A stretch of 64,000 nucleotides of DNA from a virus. Of this stretch, positions 37,047-46,362 are shown piece after piece; the stretch's first letter is position 1; every line of letters starts with the position of its first letter. The stretch lies in the IMG/VR virus record IMGVR_UViG_3300010885_011653, positions 1-64,000 of that record. One strand, given 5' to 3'. Made by a program: the position numbers and the translations under genes. Below the pieces are notes generated by a model. The model was not told the DNA's origin and ran no database searches. It worked only from the letters and a program-made list of their open reading frames with translations.

Positions 37047-37392
37047 AGTACTCTACGTTGTTATATTCTTCTTTGGGGTATAATGCTATTGCGGCATTGC
37101 CTGCTACTACTCTTTGTCCTGTAGTACCTTTTGATAGTACAGTTCGGTTCTGTGTCTTTACTTCTATCTTTTTTAATTTTCCGTCAACAACACGAAGCTG
37201 ATTAGTATTTGTTTGATTAAATTCGTCGGGATGATTTAATACAATGTAATTGCCTTCAGGATGATCTGTTTCCCATAGACCAATTATACTGCCATCGTCA
37301 TTGTAATACAACCTAAACTCTTTTACCTGCTTAGGTCTATTACGATCATATTCAGCTACTAGTTCAAGTGCTTTTAAGAATTCTGGATTCAT
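37030..37392 (-). CDS. hypothetical protein
   Basis: Coupled ORF inside the operon. Confidence 0.7.
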   Translation of the reverse strand: MNPEFLKALELVAEYDRNRPKQVKEFRLYYNDDGSIIGLWETDHPEGNYIVLNHPDEFNQTNTNQLRVVDGKLKKIEVKTQNRTVLSKGTTGQRVVAGNAAIALYPKEEYNNVEYYDRYN

Positions 37393-38233
37393 AGTATTCG
37401 ATCATATCATCTGATGCAAATGTTTTATCATGGTAATGAAAAGGATGTAATTGGTTAATGCCGTTTACTCTGATCATTCCAGAATCAAACTCTGAAACAA
37501 ATGTTTGTTGAAAAGTCAAATCTTCATCAAAGTTATTGTGTGCAGGCTTCATATGTGTAAAATTAACAAAGTCTGCACTGGGTATTGTGCATAGTTCTGG
37601 TCCTACTAGTTGTGCCGCTAGAGCAAATACTACATCTGTAGTTGCTTGGTCGTCTCTACAGTTTTTAATAGTATTTTTAACTGTGTCCCAATTTTCATAA
37701 ATTTGTCTGGCGTAGGTAAAAAAGTCTCGGGCTGTTTTAGTAAATCTAAAATACATTAATCCGTTATAAACATCAGGTAACTGATTGTTAATGAACACTT
37801 GTCTGTATTTTTTACTTGTGCTTATATTTTGTTGATAATCTCTGCAACCGTGACTTAGTACAATATCACGTAGTCTAAAAGTATTCCACCAATGATCTAT
37901 ACTGCGTGTAAACAGTAAGTCGCTTTCTACTTTAATAGTTTCTTTAAAAGGCGTGAGCCAAAACGCTTGCCATTCGTTATCCAACCGCCAACCAGAGGCC
38001 ATGCTAGAATCATCCCGGGCAAGATCAATAATGTAATCAAAAACGCTATGATGGCTATCATTTAATAACTCTCGAGTTTGGGAATCTACTACGACTGCTA
38101 CTTGAGCATTTGTTTGTGTTGCTTTTATATTTAGTGCTTGTAGGTAAGCCAGGCGTAGATAGTCTACATCTGCTGTGTTTAGTGCAAAAGTTAAGAATCC
38201 CTGTTGTGCTTTATGCTGACTCAAGTTCAACAA
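37364..38233 (-). CDS. GT8-like glycosyltransferase
   Basis: GFLTFALN...DYLRLAY, TPFKETIKVESDLLF, NGLMYF.., TDVVFALA, HMKP. Confidence 0.65.
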   Translation of the reverse strand: MLNLSQHKAQQGFLTFALNTADVDYLRLAYLQALNIKATQTNAQVAVVVDSQTRELLNDSHHSVFDYIIDLARDDSSMASGWRLDNEWQAFWLTPFKETIKVESDLLFTRSIDHWWNTFRLRDIVLSHGCRDYQQNISTSKKYRQVFINNQLPDVYNGLMYFRFTKTARDFFTYARQIYENWDTVKNTIKNCRDDQATTDVVFALAAQLVGPELCTIPSADFVNFTHMKPAHNNFDEDLTFQQTFVSEFDSGMIRVNGINQLHPFHYHDKTFASDDMIEYYESRILKST

Positions 38234-38984
38234 ACTCCTTAAACTGTTGGCTTAGTAAATATGCTTTACTCATAACATGTAAATTCATACGTGGCACTAT
38301 ATAAGCCTTGGTCTCATCACGTATGATAAACGTGTTATTTTTTGCTGTAATAGATTTAATAGGTTGATCTATGTTTAGCATAGGTCCAGGAATACCCTGC
38401 GGGTTATACTGGTGTCCGTTTAAGATAATATCAGCAATAGCAAACGCATAGTCATTTCTATAGTTGCGTTGTTCTATGTTGTACAAGGCTCTATAGTATC
38501 CATAGTTGTTTTGTATACGTTTAATCAATTCAAAGTATGTTTGTGCCCTGGGTGTTTTTCTAAAAGCAAATACCGTGGCCCAGACATAAGGTAAACTAGT
38601 TACTCCCATTGTCTTGGGAAATTCCTGTGTTAGACCACGAGCTTGTTTCATTATGCTCCAATCAAAATCTAACGTAAACAATTGATTAAGTGTATCATTG
38701 AAAATTAAATAGTCTGCGTCAATTACAATAGTTTCGTCGTATGGACTTAGCTCATAGGCCATATAACGACTGGCATTGTTCCATTGTACAAACTGTTTAC
38801 TATCTATATCATAGCGTGTGTTTTCTGTGCTAGGTACATCAGTAATTAGTGTATAAGGTAATCCCAGGGTCTTACTGGCCAATTTTAGTGTGTGGTTAGC
38901 TATACCAACATAGTCTGTGGTATCTGTATTAACAGCAAAGGCCACAATGCCTCTAGATTCTACGGAGACGTTTGAGTTCTGCAT
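38211..38984 (-). CDS. GT8-like glycosyltransferase (paralog of 37364-38233)
   Basis: GIVAFAVN...DYVGIA, SPYDETIVIDADYL (DxD), WATVFAFRK, RNDYAFAIA, LHVMSK. Confidence 0.7.
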   Translation of the reverse strand: MQNSNVSVESRGIVAFAVNTDTTDYVGIANHTLKLASKTLGLPYTLITDVPSTENTRYDIDSKQFVQWNNASRYMAYELSPYDETIVIDADYLIFNDTLNQLFTLDFDWSIMKQARGLTQEFPKTMGVTSLPYVWATVFAFRKTPRAQTYFELIKRIQNNYGYYRALYNIEQRNYRNDYAFAIADIILNGHQYNPQGIPGPMLNIDQPIKSITAKNNTFIIRDETKAYIVPRMNLHVMSKAYLLSQQFKEFVELESA

Positions 38985-39306
38985 GTTCTTGATGCCATGT
39001 GTTCATTGCCTGTTGATAGTGCTGACAAGCAGTACGGTAAAATTCTGCACAATTTTCAATTTGAATAGGATTGCCGTACGTATCTTCCATAAACATATTT
39101 TCCCCGCCACCCCAGGGCCATACTTCATCTGCACTACGCCAAGCATGTACAAAGGAGATTAATTCTGGTGTGGCCTTAAATAAGCCACCGGCATAAGCAA
39201 AGTGCAGATCAGTTTGAATCTTTTCGCGCAGGATTGCTCTGTTAATTTGATGGTTGGTAGATTGGTGAATTGCAGAAACAAGATTGTCGAGTTCAGCGTT
39301 TATCAT
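38953..39306 (-). CDS. hypothetical protein, first gene of the modification operon
   Basis: Directly downstream of the promoter at 39337-39365. Confidence 0.7.
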   Translation of the reverse strand: MINAELDNLVSAIHQSTNHQINRAILREKIQTDLHFAYAGGLFKATPELISFVHAWRSADEVWPWGGGENMFMEDTYGNPIQIENCAEFYRTACQHYQQAMNTWHQEHAELKRLRRI

Positions 39307-39321
39307 TGATTGTCCAGATAG

Positions 39322-39353
39322 AAAAAAGCATAGTAGATTTTACACTACTATGC
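39322..39353 (-). terminator. Rho-independent terminator ending the structural operon
   Basis: On - strand: GCATAGTAG-N8-CTACTATGC followed by TTTTTT. Confidence 0.8.
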
Positions 39354-39365
39354 CGGGTGTGTCAA
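39337..39365 (-). promoter_or_regulatory. sigma70 promoter overlapping the terminator
   Basis: On - strand: TTGACA-17 bp-TAAAAT. Confidence 0.7.
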
Positions 39366-39378
39366 CTACCAAATTGGA

Positions 39379-40335
39379 TTATAGGGAAGTGATTGTTACT
39401 GCGCCCCAAGTATTACTTATGTTTGTAACTTCTGGGTAGCTTACATCAATTGAACGTGTTACAGCAATACCTAAGCTGTCATCAAAGCTCAATGAACCTG
39501 CGTTAGCACCAGCAGTAGAACTTAGGTTGATCCAAAAGTCAACGTTTAAGCCGTTACCGTTGTACGATCCCTGTGAGCCGTTTGGGTTAACAGCAATGGT
39601 AGCTGTATCAGATGTATAACTTGCTGTGGTGCTGGTAACGCTAATTACGGTTGTGTTAGCGTTGTATGCGCTGGTCCAATAACCTTTGGTTGTATCATTG
39701 GTATTTAATGTGCCGCCGGTACCATTGCGTCCGCCGTTTGTGTTAGCACCAAATGTAGCAATGCCGCCTAAATTAGTACATAATGCAATTGCCGCATTAG
39801 TACGAGCTGTGGTACTTGCTGATTGTGCTCCACTTACGTTTAACTTCAGTCTGCCACCGGCATTAAAGAAATAACGTGCTTGGTCAGCACTGGCAAATGT
39901 GGCACGAGCACCAAAACTACGAGCGATTGTGGCATTTACTGTGCCACTGGTCCAGGTTGTTGCTAGTCCAGATCCAACTAACACAGCTGAGTTTGATGCA
40001 AATGTCAAACGATTGGTGTATGCTGTGGTAATATTACCGCTGATAAATGTGTTGGCATTAATAACTTGTCCTGCTGTTGTTACAGTAACACCAGTACCTG
40101 TACCGCGTTGGTGTGTTGTAATACTATTTAGAGTATTAATCAAGCTAGCCCACTGAGTTGCTGTAACATTATCAGTTACCGCCGCTACGTTAGTTAGTGC
40201 TGTTTGACCGTATCCAGCCGATCCGCTACCAACTGCCCAAACAGTATTAATAGTGTTTGGTGTACCACTAGGACTTGCGCCCAAAAAGTTATTATAGTCT
40301 GCGGCTAATATTAAATTACCTGATGAATACGTCAT
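39379..40335 (-). CDS. virion structural protein (Thr/Ser/Asn-rich, tail-associated)
   Basis: Last gene of the structural operon; ARYFFNAGG motif; composition. Confidence 0.65.
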   Translation of the reverse strand: MTYSSGNLILAADYNNFLGASPSGTPNTINTVWAVGSGSAGYGQTALTNVAAVTDNVTATQWASLINTLNSITTHQRGTGTGVTVTTAGQVINANTFISGNITTAYTNRLTFASNSAVLVGSGLATTWTSGTVNATIARSFGARATFASADQARYFFNAGGRLKLNVSGAQSASTTARTNAAIALCTNLGGIATFGANTNGGRNGTGGTLNTNDTTKGYWTSAYNANTTVISVTSTTASYTSDTATIAVNPNGSQGSYNGNGLNVDFWINLSSTAGANAGSLSFDDSLGIAVTRSIDVSYPEVTNISNTWGAVTITSL

Positions 40336-40349
40336 ATTCTAATTTCCGT

Positions 40350-41912
40350 TTACGAATTAATTTTTACAATGGCTTCAATAATACCTTCGCCGGAATCTAG
40401 TTTATCAACTAAACTACGACCAATGACATTGAATGCTGTTATTTCAGTTTTATTACCAGCTCGTGCAATTCCGTTTCCTGCGCTAACTAGTCTATCGCCT
40501 TTGGCAATCACACCAATAACTCTAACAGGAACTCGACCGCTCATAGCAATTGGGGGGTGTGTGTAATCGTTGCCAGCTGCCGAATTCATTAAGTAGGCCG
40601 CATTTGTACTTATGACACCAAATACTTTATCACTTAATTCTGCTTCCACTTTGGTAATTTCTTTGTCGCCGCCCATTTCGACTACAGTACCAGCTGGGTA
40701 ATATGCATCTGCTTCGAAACGTTCTGCTAAGTCGGCGTACTGTGCCTTGATAGCAGTACCCCAAATATTACCAAAGCGCAGTGATGTGCTACCAATATCA
40801 ACAACACCAGTTACAGTTGGTAAAATACCCGAAACTGTACTTGGATTTACTGTTAAAACAGTAAATGTACCGGCACGTGGAGTTACGTTACCAACAACGG
40901 TGTCATTGATAGATGTAAAACTTGCTGAGCCGCCAACTGTGGCAATCTCAACACCTTTATAATATGTAGTACCGTTTAAGTTTGCAATACCTGTTACGTT
41001 TAAAGCACCGCTTACGTTAGCTACTGTTAAATTACCAACTGTGGTAATATTAGTTTGTGATGCTGTTTGTATGGTACCATAAATTGCAGGTGTATCAATT
41101 CTTCCACTTGCTTGTAAGTTTGTTGCTGTCATTGTGACACCAACTACGTTACCAGCTAAGTTACCAGTAAATGTACTAGTTACAGTAGGTGCAGTAATGG
41201 CACCAGTGGCTGTTACTGTAGTTGCGGCAATTGTAGAGACAGCAATACCAGCACTACCATCGCGTTGTACTAGAGTATTGTTGGTTGCGGCCGTGTCTTG
41301 TGTGTTTAACGCTAAACTTGGACTGGCACTGGTACTAAAGTTTAAGCCAGCTTTAATTGTGGTAAATCCAGTTACGCTTGTAGTAAATGGCTCTTTAGCA
41401 AAAATAGCATAAACTACACCACTAACTCTGAACTGAATAACAATACGTTGAGTACTGCTGACATCTGTCATTAGTGCAGGAACAGCACCAGTATCACCTG
41501 TTGATGGTGTTGCAACTGGTCCAACTACTACCCAGCTACTGCCAGAATAAACTTTTAATTGGTTGTTGGTTGTATCCCACCATAAGTCTCCGCCAATACT
41601 ACTTAGGTCGCCCGGTGGAGTACTTGCTGGACTACTAGTAGCACCAGTAGAAATTTTCCAGCTTGTGCCTGAATAAACTTTTAAAATATTGTTAGTTGTG
41701 TCCCACCATAATTGTCCACGAATTGGATTGGCTGGACTTGAACTGTAAGCAAAGTTTTCTAATAGTCTTACAAAGTTGTCATTTAAAAATGCACCGTATC
41801 CGGCGTAGTTTTTACCGATGAGGACTAAGCTAGAACTTTCAACATTGTTAATAGTACCATCACTGATGGTAGTTAATGTTGTTCCGTCTGTTTTAGTAAT
41901 TGTATATGCCAT
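40350..41912 (-). CDS. tail fibre-like protein with C-terminal intramolecular chaperone/autocleavage-like domain
   Basis: N-terminal domain shared with two paralogs (GKNY.GYG..N.NFV.LLENFA, GQLWWD); C-terminal AQYADLAE...GVIST...GRVPVRVIG..KGD.LV. Confidence 0.75.
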   Translation of the reverse strand: MAYTITKTDGTTLTTISDGTINNVESSSLVLIGKNYAGYGAFLNDNFVRLLENFAYSSSPANPIRGQLWWDTTNNILKVYSGTSWKISTGATSSPASTPPGDLSSIGGDLWWDTTNNQLKVYSGSSWVVVGPVATPSTGDTGAVPALMTDVSSTQRIVIQFRVSGVVYAIFAKEPFTTSVTGFTTIKAGLNFSTSASPSLALNTQDTAATNNTLVQRDGSAGIAVSTIAATTVTATGAITAPTVTSTFTGNLAGNVVGVTMTATNLQASGRIDTPAIYGTIQTASQTNITTVGNLTVANVSGALNVTGIANLNGTTYYKGVEIATVGGSASFTSINDTVVGNVTPRAGTFTVLTVNPSTVSGILPTVTGVVDIGSTSLRFGNIWGTAIKAQYADLAERFEADAYYPAGTVVEMGGDKEITKVEAELSDKVFGVISTNAAYLMNSAAGNDYTHPPIAMSGRVPVRVIGVIAKGDRLVSAGNGIARAGNKTEITAFNVIGRSLVDKLDSGEGIIEAIVKINS

Positions 41913-41933
41913 CTTTTAATCCTCTAATTAAGT

Positions 41934-41941
41934 GTATTTAT
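41934..41941 (-). promoter_or_regulatory. late promoter-like ATAAATAC
   Basis: Same octamer upstream of genes at 47060-47067, 62131-62138 and 62546-62553; resembles T4 late TATAAATA. Confidence 0.6.
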
Positions 41942-41959
41942 GCTCGTTTTATATATTGT

Positions 41960-43870
41960 TTATGCGTATGGGTCAGAGTTAACTTTTTGTATATAACACA
42001 AAGCATAATAAGGAGGACGACGATCAATTGCTGTCCCGCTGCCGGTATTTGCAGTATTTCCAGTAATATTTAATGTATGTATGTGATCAGCAGTGGACTG
42101 TACAGAAATTCCTGTATTTGCAGGCCCTGTTTTGGTATAAAACCAAATTGGGTTTCCGCTGTTGCCGTCACCATCGTTGCCAGCACTGGTGTAAAACTGG
42201 AAACTAGACCCGTTTCTGTCTATTGGGGCTGTATTATTAGAAGCACTATTGTATTGGCTAAACAGTTGATCTACATTGTGTTGATGACCTGGGTCAGTCA
42301 AACTATGAGTATGTCCACCTGAAAACCCTGTGCTTCCTGCTAAAGTGCCAACTCCGTGTGCGTGTACCGGTAAGTTACCAGTTGCTATTGTGGTTGTATT
42401 TGCACCACCAACTGCGGCAGGATTATAGCTACTGCCAGCACCTACTATAAATCTGTCACGTAAATCTGGTGTACCGCCAGTGCCATCGCATAACGCCCAT
42501 CCTGCAGGAATACTCAGAACAGGTCCTCCCCACATAACAATAACACCGTCGGGCAATATATTATGTACAAACTGTGTGGTTGCAATCAACGGAGTTTTAT
42601 TGTATATAGGTTGGGTAGTTGCTCCAGTATACATTAAATCACCGTTGTAAATACGAGGACTAATTAATGCTGAATTACTGATATTTCCGCCGCTAATAGT
42701 TGCTGTGGTTGCTACAACATTGGTAAATGTAGAGTTAGTAGCAGATATGTTTGCAAGACCGCTAGCATAACCGCCCGTAATAATTACATTGCTAGTACTT
42801 AGGTTAGTTGCCGTAGCGGTAGTGGCCGAAATGTTAGCTAATCCGCTGACATATCCGCCCGTAATAATTACATTGCTAGAACTTAGATTTGTTGAACGTG
42901 TGCTAGTTGCAGTTAAGGAAGTAAGTGCGCCGGTTGTTGCTGTTATATTTGCTAATGAACTAATGTACCCACCACTTATTACCAAATTGCCAGAACTTAG
43001 ATTTGTTGCTATAGCTGTAGTTACTGCTAGTTCTGTTAACCCACGTAGTGTTCCGCCCGTGACTAAAATATTGCTGGCGCTAAAATTACTAGTGGTTAGA
43101 TTTAGTAGTCCAGTTGCACTACCGCCTGAGATTTGTGCGTTACCAGAGCTAAAATTAGTGGCCCGACTTGTAACACTATCAACATCTCCCGATACTGTGC
43201 CTACTAGTCTACCAGTTACTGTACCAATTACGTTACCTGTTAAATTACCAACCACGTCAGTGTTTGTTGTTGTACCAGTAATTGTCCTATTAATGTTAAC
43301 ACCAGGACTGATTGTAGCAAATCCAGATATTGCAACATTGGGGGTAAAAGTGCTATCGCTACTAATTATAGCAATAATAGTGCTTCCATACTTTATCTGT
43401 ACTACATTGTGTGATACACTACTGTTGTCTACGATTTCAACAGGTATAGCACCCGATATGCCTTGTGCTTTGGTATATTGTGGTCCAACTAGTTTCCATA
43501 ATGATTCGTTTACGTCATATACTTTAAGTTGGTTAGTTGTGGTATTAAGCCAAAAATCACCATTTCTAACAATGGTAGGTTCGCTATTTGATACAGTAGC
43601 ACCAGCAACAGGCTGATATCCATTTGTTGTAAATATTTTTAATGTTTGTGTAGATTTATCAAACCACAATTGACCTTTTAAACTGTTACCCGAGCTTGGC
43701 GCGGCGTTGCCTGCAAAATTTTCTAGTATGTAGACTAAATTTTCGTTGAGCTTTTGTCCGTACCCGATGTAGTTTGGGCCAGCTAATTTTAGACCAGTAG
43801 TAGCATCAAAGTCTCCGTCAGGGATATTGAAAGTTACTGTTCCGTCGTAATTTGTAAAATTGTATGCCAT
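41960..43870 (-). CDS. tail fibre protein with tail-collar domain
   Basis: Shared N-terminal domain; GVIVMWGG...IPAGWALCDG..GTPDLRDRFIVGAG collar; HxH motifs; PPYYALCYI. Confidence 0.8.
   Translation of the reverse strand: MAYNFTNYDGTVTFNIPDGDFDATTGLKLAGPNYIGYGQKLNENLVYILENFAGNAAPSSGNSLKGQLWFDKSTQTLKIFTTNGYQPVAGATVSNSEPTIVRNGDFWLNTTTNQLKVYDVNESLWKLVGPQYTKAQGISGAIPVEIVDNSSVSHNVVQIKYGSTIIAIISSDSTFTPNVAISGFATISPGVNINRTITGTTTNTDVVGNLTGNVIGTVTGRLVGTVSGDVDSVTSRATNFSSGNAQISGGSATGLLNLTTSNFSASNILVTGGTLRGLTELAVTTAIATNLSSGNLVISGGYISSLANITATTGALTSLTATSTRSTNLSSSNVIITGGYVSGLANISATTATATNLSTSNVIITGGYASGLANISATNSTFTNVVATTATISGGNISNSALISPRIYNGDLMYTGATTQPIYNKTPLIATTQFVHNILPDGVIVMWGGPVLSIPAGWALCDGTGGTPDLRDRFIVGAGSSYNPAAVGGANTTTIATGNLPVHAHGVGTLAGSTGFSGGHTHSLTDPGHQHNVDQLFSQYNSASNNTAPIDRNGSSFQFYTSAGNDGDGNSGNPIWFYTKTGPANTGISVQSTADHIHTLNITGNTANTGSGTAIDRRPPYYALCYIQKVNSDPYA
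42740..43170 (-). repeat. degenerate 28-aa (84-bp) tandem repeats TNLS.SNVIITGGY.SGLANISAT
   Basis: Identical 25-mer CCGCCCGTAATAATTACATTGCTAG at 42771 and 42855. Confidence 0.8.
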
Positions 43871-43901
43871 TTTTATTCTCTTTATACTTACTTATCTAAA
43901 A

Positions 43902-44792
43902 TTACCAGGAAATTATAGCGTACCCGGCGGTTCCAGAACCACCACCACCACCTGGCTCATATCCGCCACCGCCATATCCATAACGAGCTCCGGCTCCGCC
44001 GCCACCTTGTCCATATGCGCCAATTGTAAGAGTCGATGTTACAAACGATGATCCGCTATTACCGCCGATGCCGCCATCTTCGCCCATACTGCTGCCGCCT
44101 GTACCAGCTCCGTAGCCACCACCACCGCCACCTCCACCGCCACCATCTTCGCCCCAATCTACGCCTGCGCCGCCGGCATTTCCAGATCCAGTGCCTGGAC
44201 TACCTTGTGCCGCACGACCTGGGCCATAATTACCACCACCACCGCCGCCTCCACCACCTGCGGCAATAGCAAGAATTTTATTGGCTGCATTTTTAAATAT
44301 TGTAGCGCCACCGCCACCTCCGCCACCACCTGACCAACCACCAGGACCAGCATTTCCGCCTCGTCCGCCGGCATAGCCTGCTGTGCTTGATCCTCCAGCA
44401 CCGCCGCCGCCACTACTTACGTCTGTAGCACCCCCGGCTCCACCGCCGCCTACAGAAACGGTAATAACATCTCCGGGTCTGACCTTAATAGTACCAGACA
44501 CGGATTGGGCTGCTTGGCCTGCACTACCGCCTTGCGTATCTGCTCCGCCACCCCCGCCGGATCCTCCTGCGGCATTAACCGTTAATGTAAATATGCCAGG
44601 TGGTACTGTAAAGCTATGACTTCCTACGCCGTAAGTAACAGAACCAGTTGTGGGGTAAAATAAATGCCATTCTCCATTTACTTTTACATATCCTCCTTTT
44701 ATAGGTCTCCAGTTGCCGCTTTTACGAAGTTCAAAATCATAAACTTCTTCCCAGACACCGCCTACTTTTTGGAATATTCCTCTAGTTGTCAT
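43902..44792 (-). CDS. glycine-rich tail adhesin-like protein
   Basis: Trp-containing N-terminus (KVGGVW, KVNGEW) and long poly-Gly tracts; lies between fibre genes. Confidence 0.65.
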   Translation of the reverse strand: MTTRGIFQKVGGVWEEVYDFELRKSGNWRPIKGGYVKVNGEWHLFYPTTGSVTYGVGSHSFTVPPGIFTLTVNAAGGSGGGGGADTQGGSAGQAAQSVSGTIKVRPGDVITVSVGGGGAGGATDVSSGGGGAGGSSTAGYAGGRGGNAGPGGWSGGGGGGGGATIFKNAANKILAIAAGGGGGGGGGNYGPGRAAQGSPGTGSGNAGGAGVDWGEDGGGGGGGGGGYGAGTGGSSMGEDGGIGGNSGSSFVTSTLTIGAYGQGGGGAGARYGYGGGGYEPGGGGGSGTAGYAIISW

Positions 44793-44794
44793 AG

Positions 44795-46357
44795 TTACGT
44801 ATTAATTTGGAACCAAAAATCGCCATCTGAGCCGCCTGTTGGTGGACTAGTTGACACAGTATAATTAAAATGCTTGTTTACTGCTGTTTGCACAAAGGCT
44901 GTGGTAGCAATCTTGGTTGTAGTATCTCCTACTGCCGGAGTTGGAGCACGTGGAGTTCCAGTAAAATTTGGACTATCAATTGGTGCCAATGGGCTTACTG
45001 CATTTAATAAATTTGACTGTGCTTGCTGTGCAATTAAATTTGTAGTAGTATTAGTGTATTCATATAAGGTATTGGCACTAGCAGTAACTTGATCTTCTGT
45101 TGCCGCTAAGTTGCCATTAACTGTAACTGTTCCTACTAGTGATGGACTGTTAACACTGGCCAACGTAGCAACATTTGTAAATAAACTATTAATTTGAGAT
45201 TGCAAAATTGCTTCGGTTGCAGCCAATAATGCAATTTCAGTTTCGGTGTTGTTGGATAAGGTATTTAACTCGGAAGTCAGACCAGCAACAGCACCGTTCA
45301 AATTAGCATTGGTATTTAAAATAACTGCACCAATATTAGCATTAACAGTAGAAAGTCTATTATCAACATAAGACTTCATTGAAGTATTGGCTGTAATAAT
45401 ATTTCCGTAAATGATATTTGTTTCTGAAGTTAAGTATCCGCTGTTAACAACACCGTACTGTCCGATTGGAAAATTAGAAACATTTAACGTGGCTGTGTTA
45501 CCATCAATCCACGCTGATTTAGTATTTCCTACAACAGGAGCATTAATATAAAATTCAATGTTACCAAGTAATGTTGTGTTTTGAGTGATTAGAGAACGAG
45601 CATCATAGTAAACATTTGCATTGCCTGTTGTGCCATTGAAAACAACTTTATCTTTAACAGTTACATCTTTATTAAAGGTTGTGGCAATGTCTGTACGAGC
45701 ATAGGCATTGGCAAAAGACCCGGCCAATTGTAAACTATTTGTAGATGTGCCATTAACAACAGCATTACTAACAAAATTAACACCAGATTGAATATTGCCA
45801 AACCCGCTATAACCTGCATTAGCAGTGAATGCGGCATCAGCACTGGTAATACTAATTAGAGCCCCGTGTACATAAGTGTTAACTACTGTATGTACTGTGC
45901 CATTAGAATCAGTTATGGATTCAACAAATGTGCCACTCTTGCCTTGAGTACGTGTATATGCTGGGCCAATCAACTGCCAGTTTGAGCCATCCCATGATTT
46001 TAATTGATAATCTGTGGTGTCCCACCATTGGTCGCCTGTTTGAATTCCTATAGTGGGTGCTGTTGCTGATACATTAACTCCGCTAACTACATTCCAGTTA
46101 GTGCCATCATACACTCGCAATTTTGTTTCTGTGGTATTATACCAAAGTGTTCCTCTAATAGGAGTAAAACCAACGCTTTGTCCAGGAGGAATGTCGTCAG
46201 CAAAGTTTTCTAATAGTCTTACAAAGTTTTCGTTTTGAGCATCACCATAGCTAACACTATTGCGGCCAATTAAATTAATACCGGTGTCGGTATTAATAAC
46301 GCCATCTGCTAATTCAACTAGGGTTGAGCCGTCGGTTTTACTGATAGTGTATGCCAT
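44795..46357 (-). CDS. tail fibre-like protein
   Basis: Shared N-terminal domain; coiled-coil middle; SPNFTGTPRAPTP..GD.TTKIATTAFV fibre repeat. Confidence 0.75.
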   Translation of the reverse strand: MAYTISKTDGSTLVELADGVINTDTGINLIGRNSVSYGDAQNENFVRLLENFADDIPPGQSVGFTPIRGTLWYNTTETKLRVYDGTNWNVVSGVNVSATAPTIGIQTGDQWWDTTDYQLKSWDGSNWQLIGPAYTRTQGKSGTFVESITDSNGTVHTVVNTYVHGALISITSADAAFTANAGYSGFGNIQSGVNFVSNAVVNGTSTNSLQLAGSFANAYARTDIATTFNKDVTVKDKVVFNGTTGNANVYYDARSLITQNTTLLGNIEFYINAPVVGNTKSAWIDGNTATLNVSNFPIGQYGVVNSGYLTSETNIIYGNIITANTSMKSYVDNRLSTVNANIGAVILNTNANLNGAVAGLTSELNTLSNNTETEIALLAATEAILQSQINSLFTNVATLASVNSPSLVGTVTVNGNLAATEDQVTASANTLYEYTNTTTNLIAQQAQSNLLNAVSPLAPIDSPNFTGTPRAPTPAVGDTTTKIATTAFVQTAVNKHFNYTVSTSPPTGGSDGDFWFQINT

Positions 46358-46362
46358 GTTTC

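Noticed and set aside
43902-44792. GC-rich segment as a foreign island or collagen-like gene
   Set aside because: The GC rise is explained by Gly/Ala codons; there is no G-X-Y periodicity.
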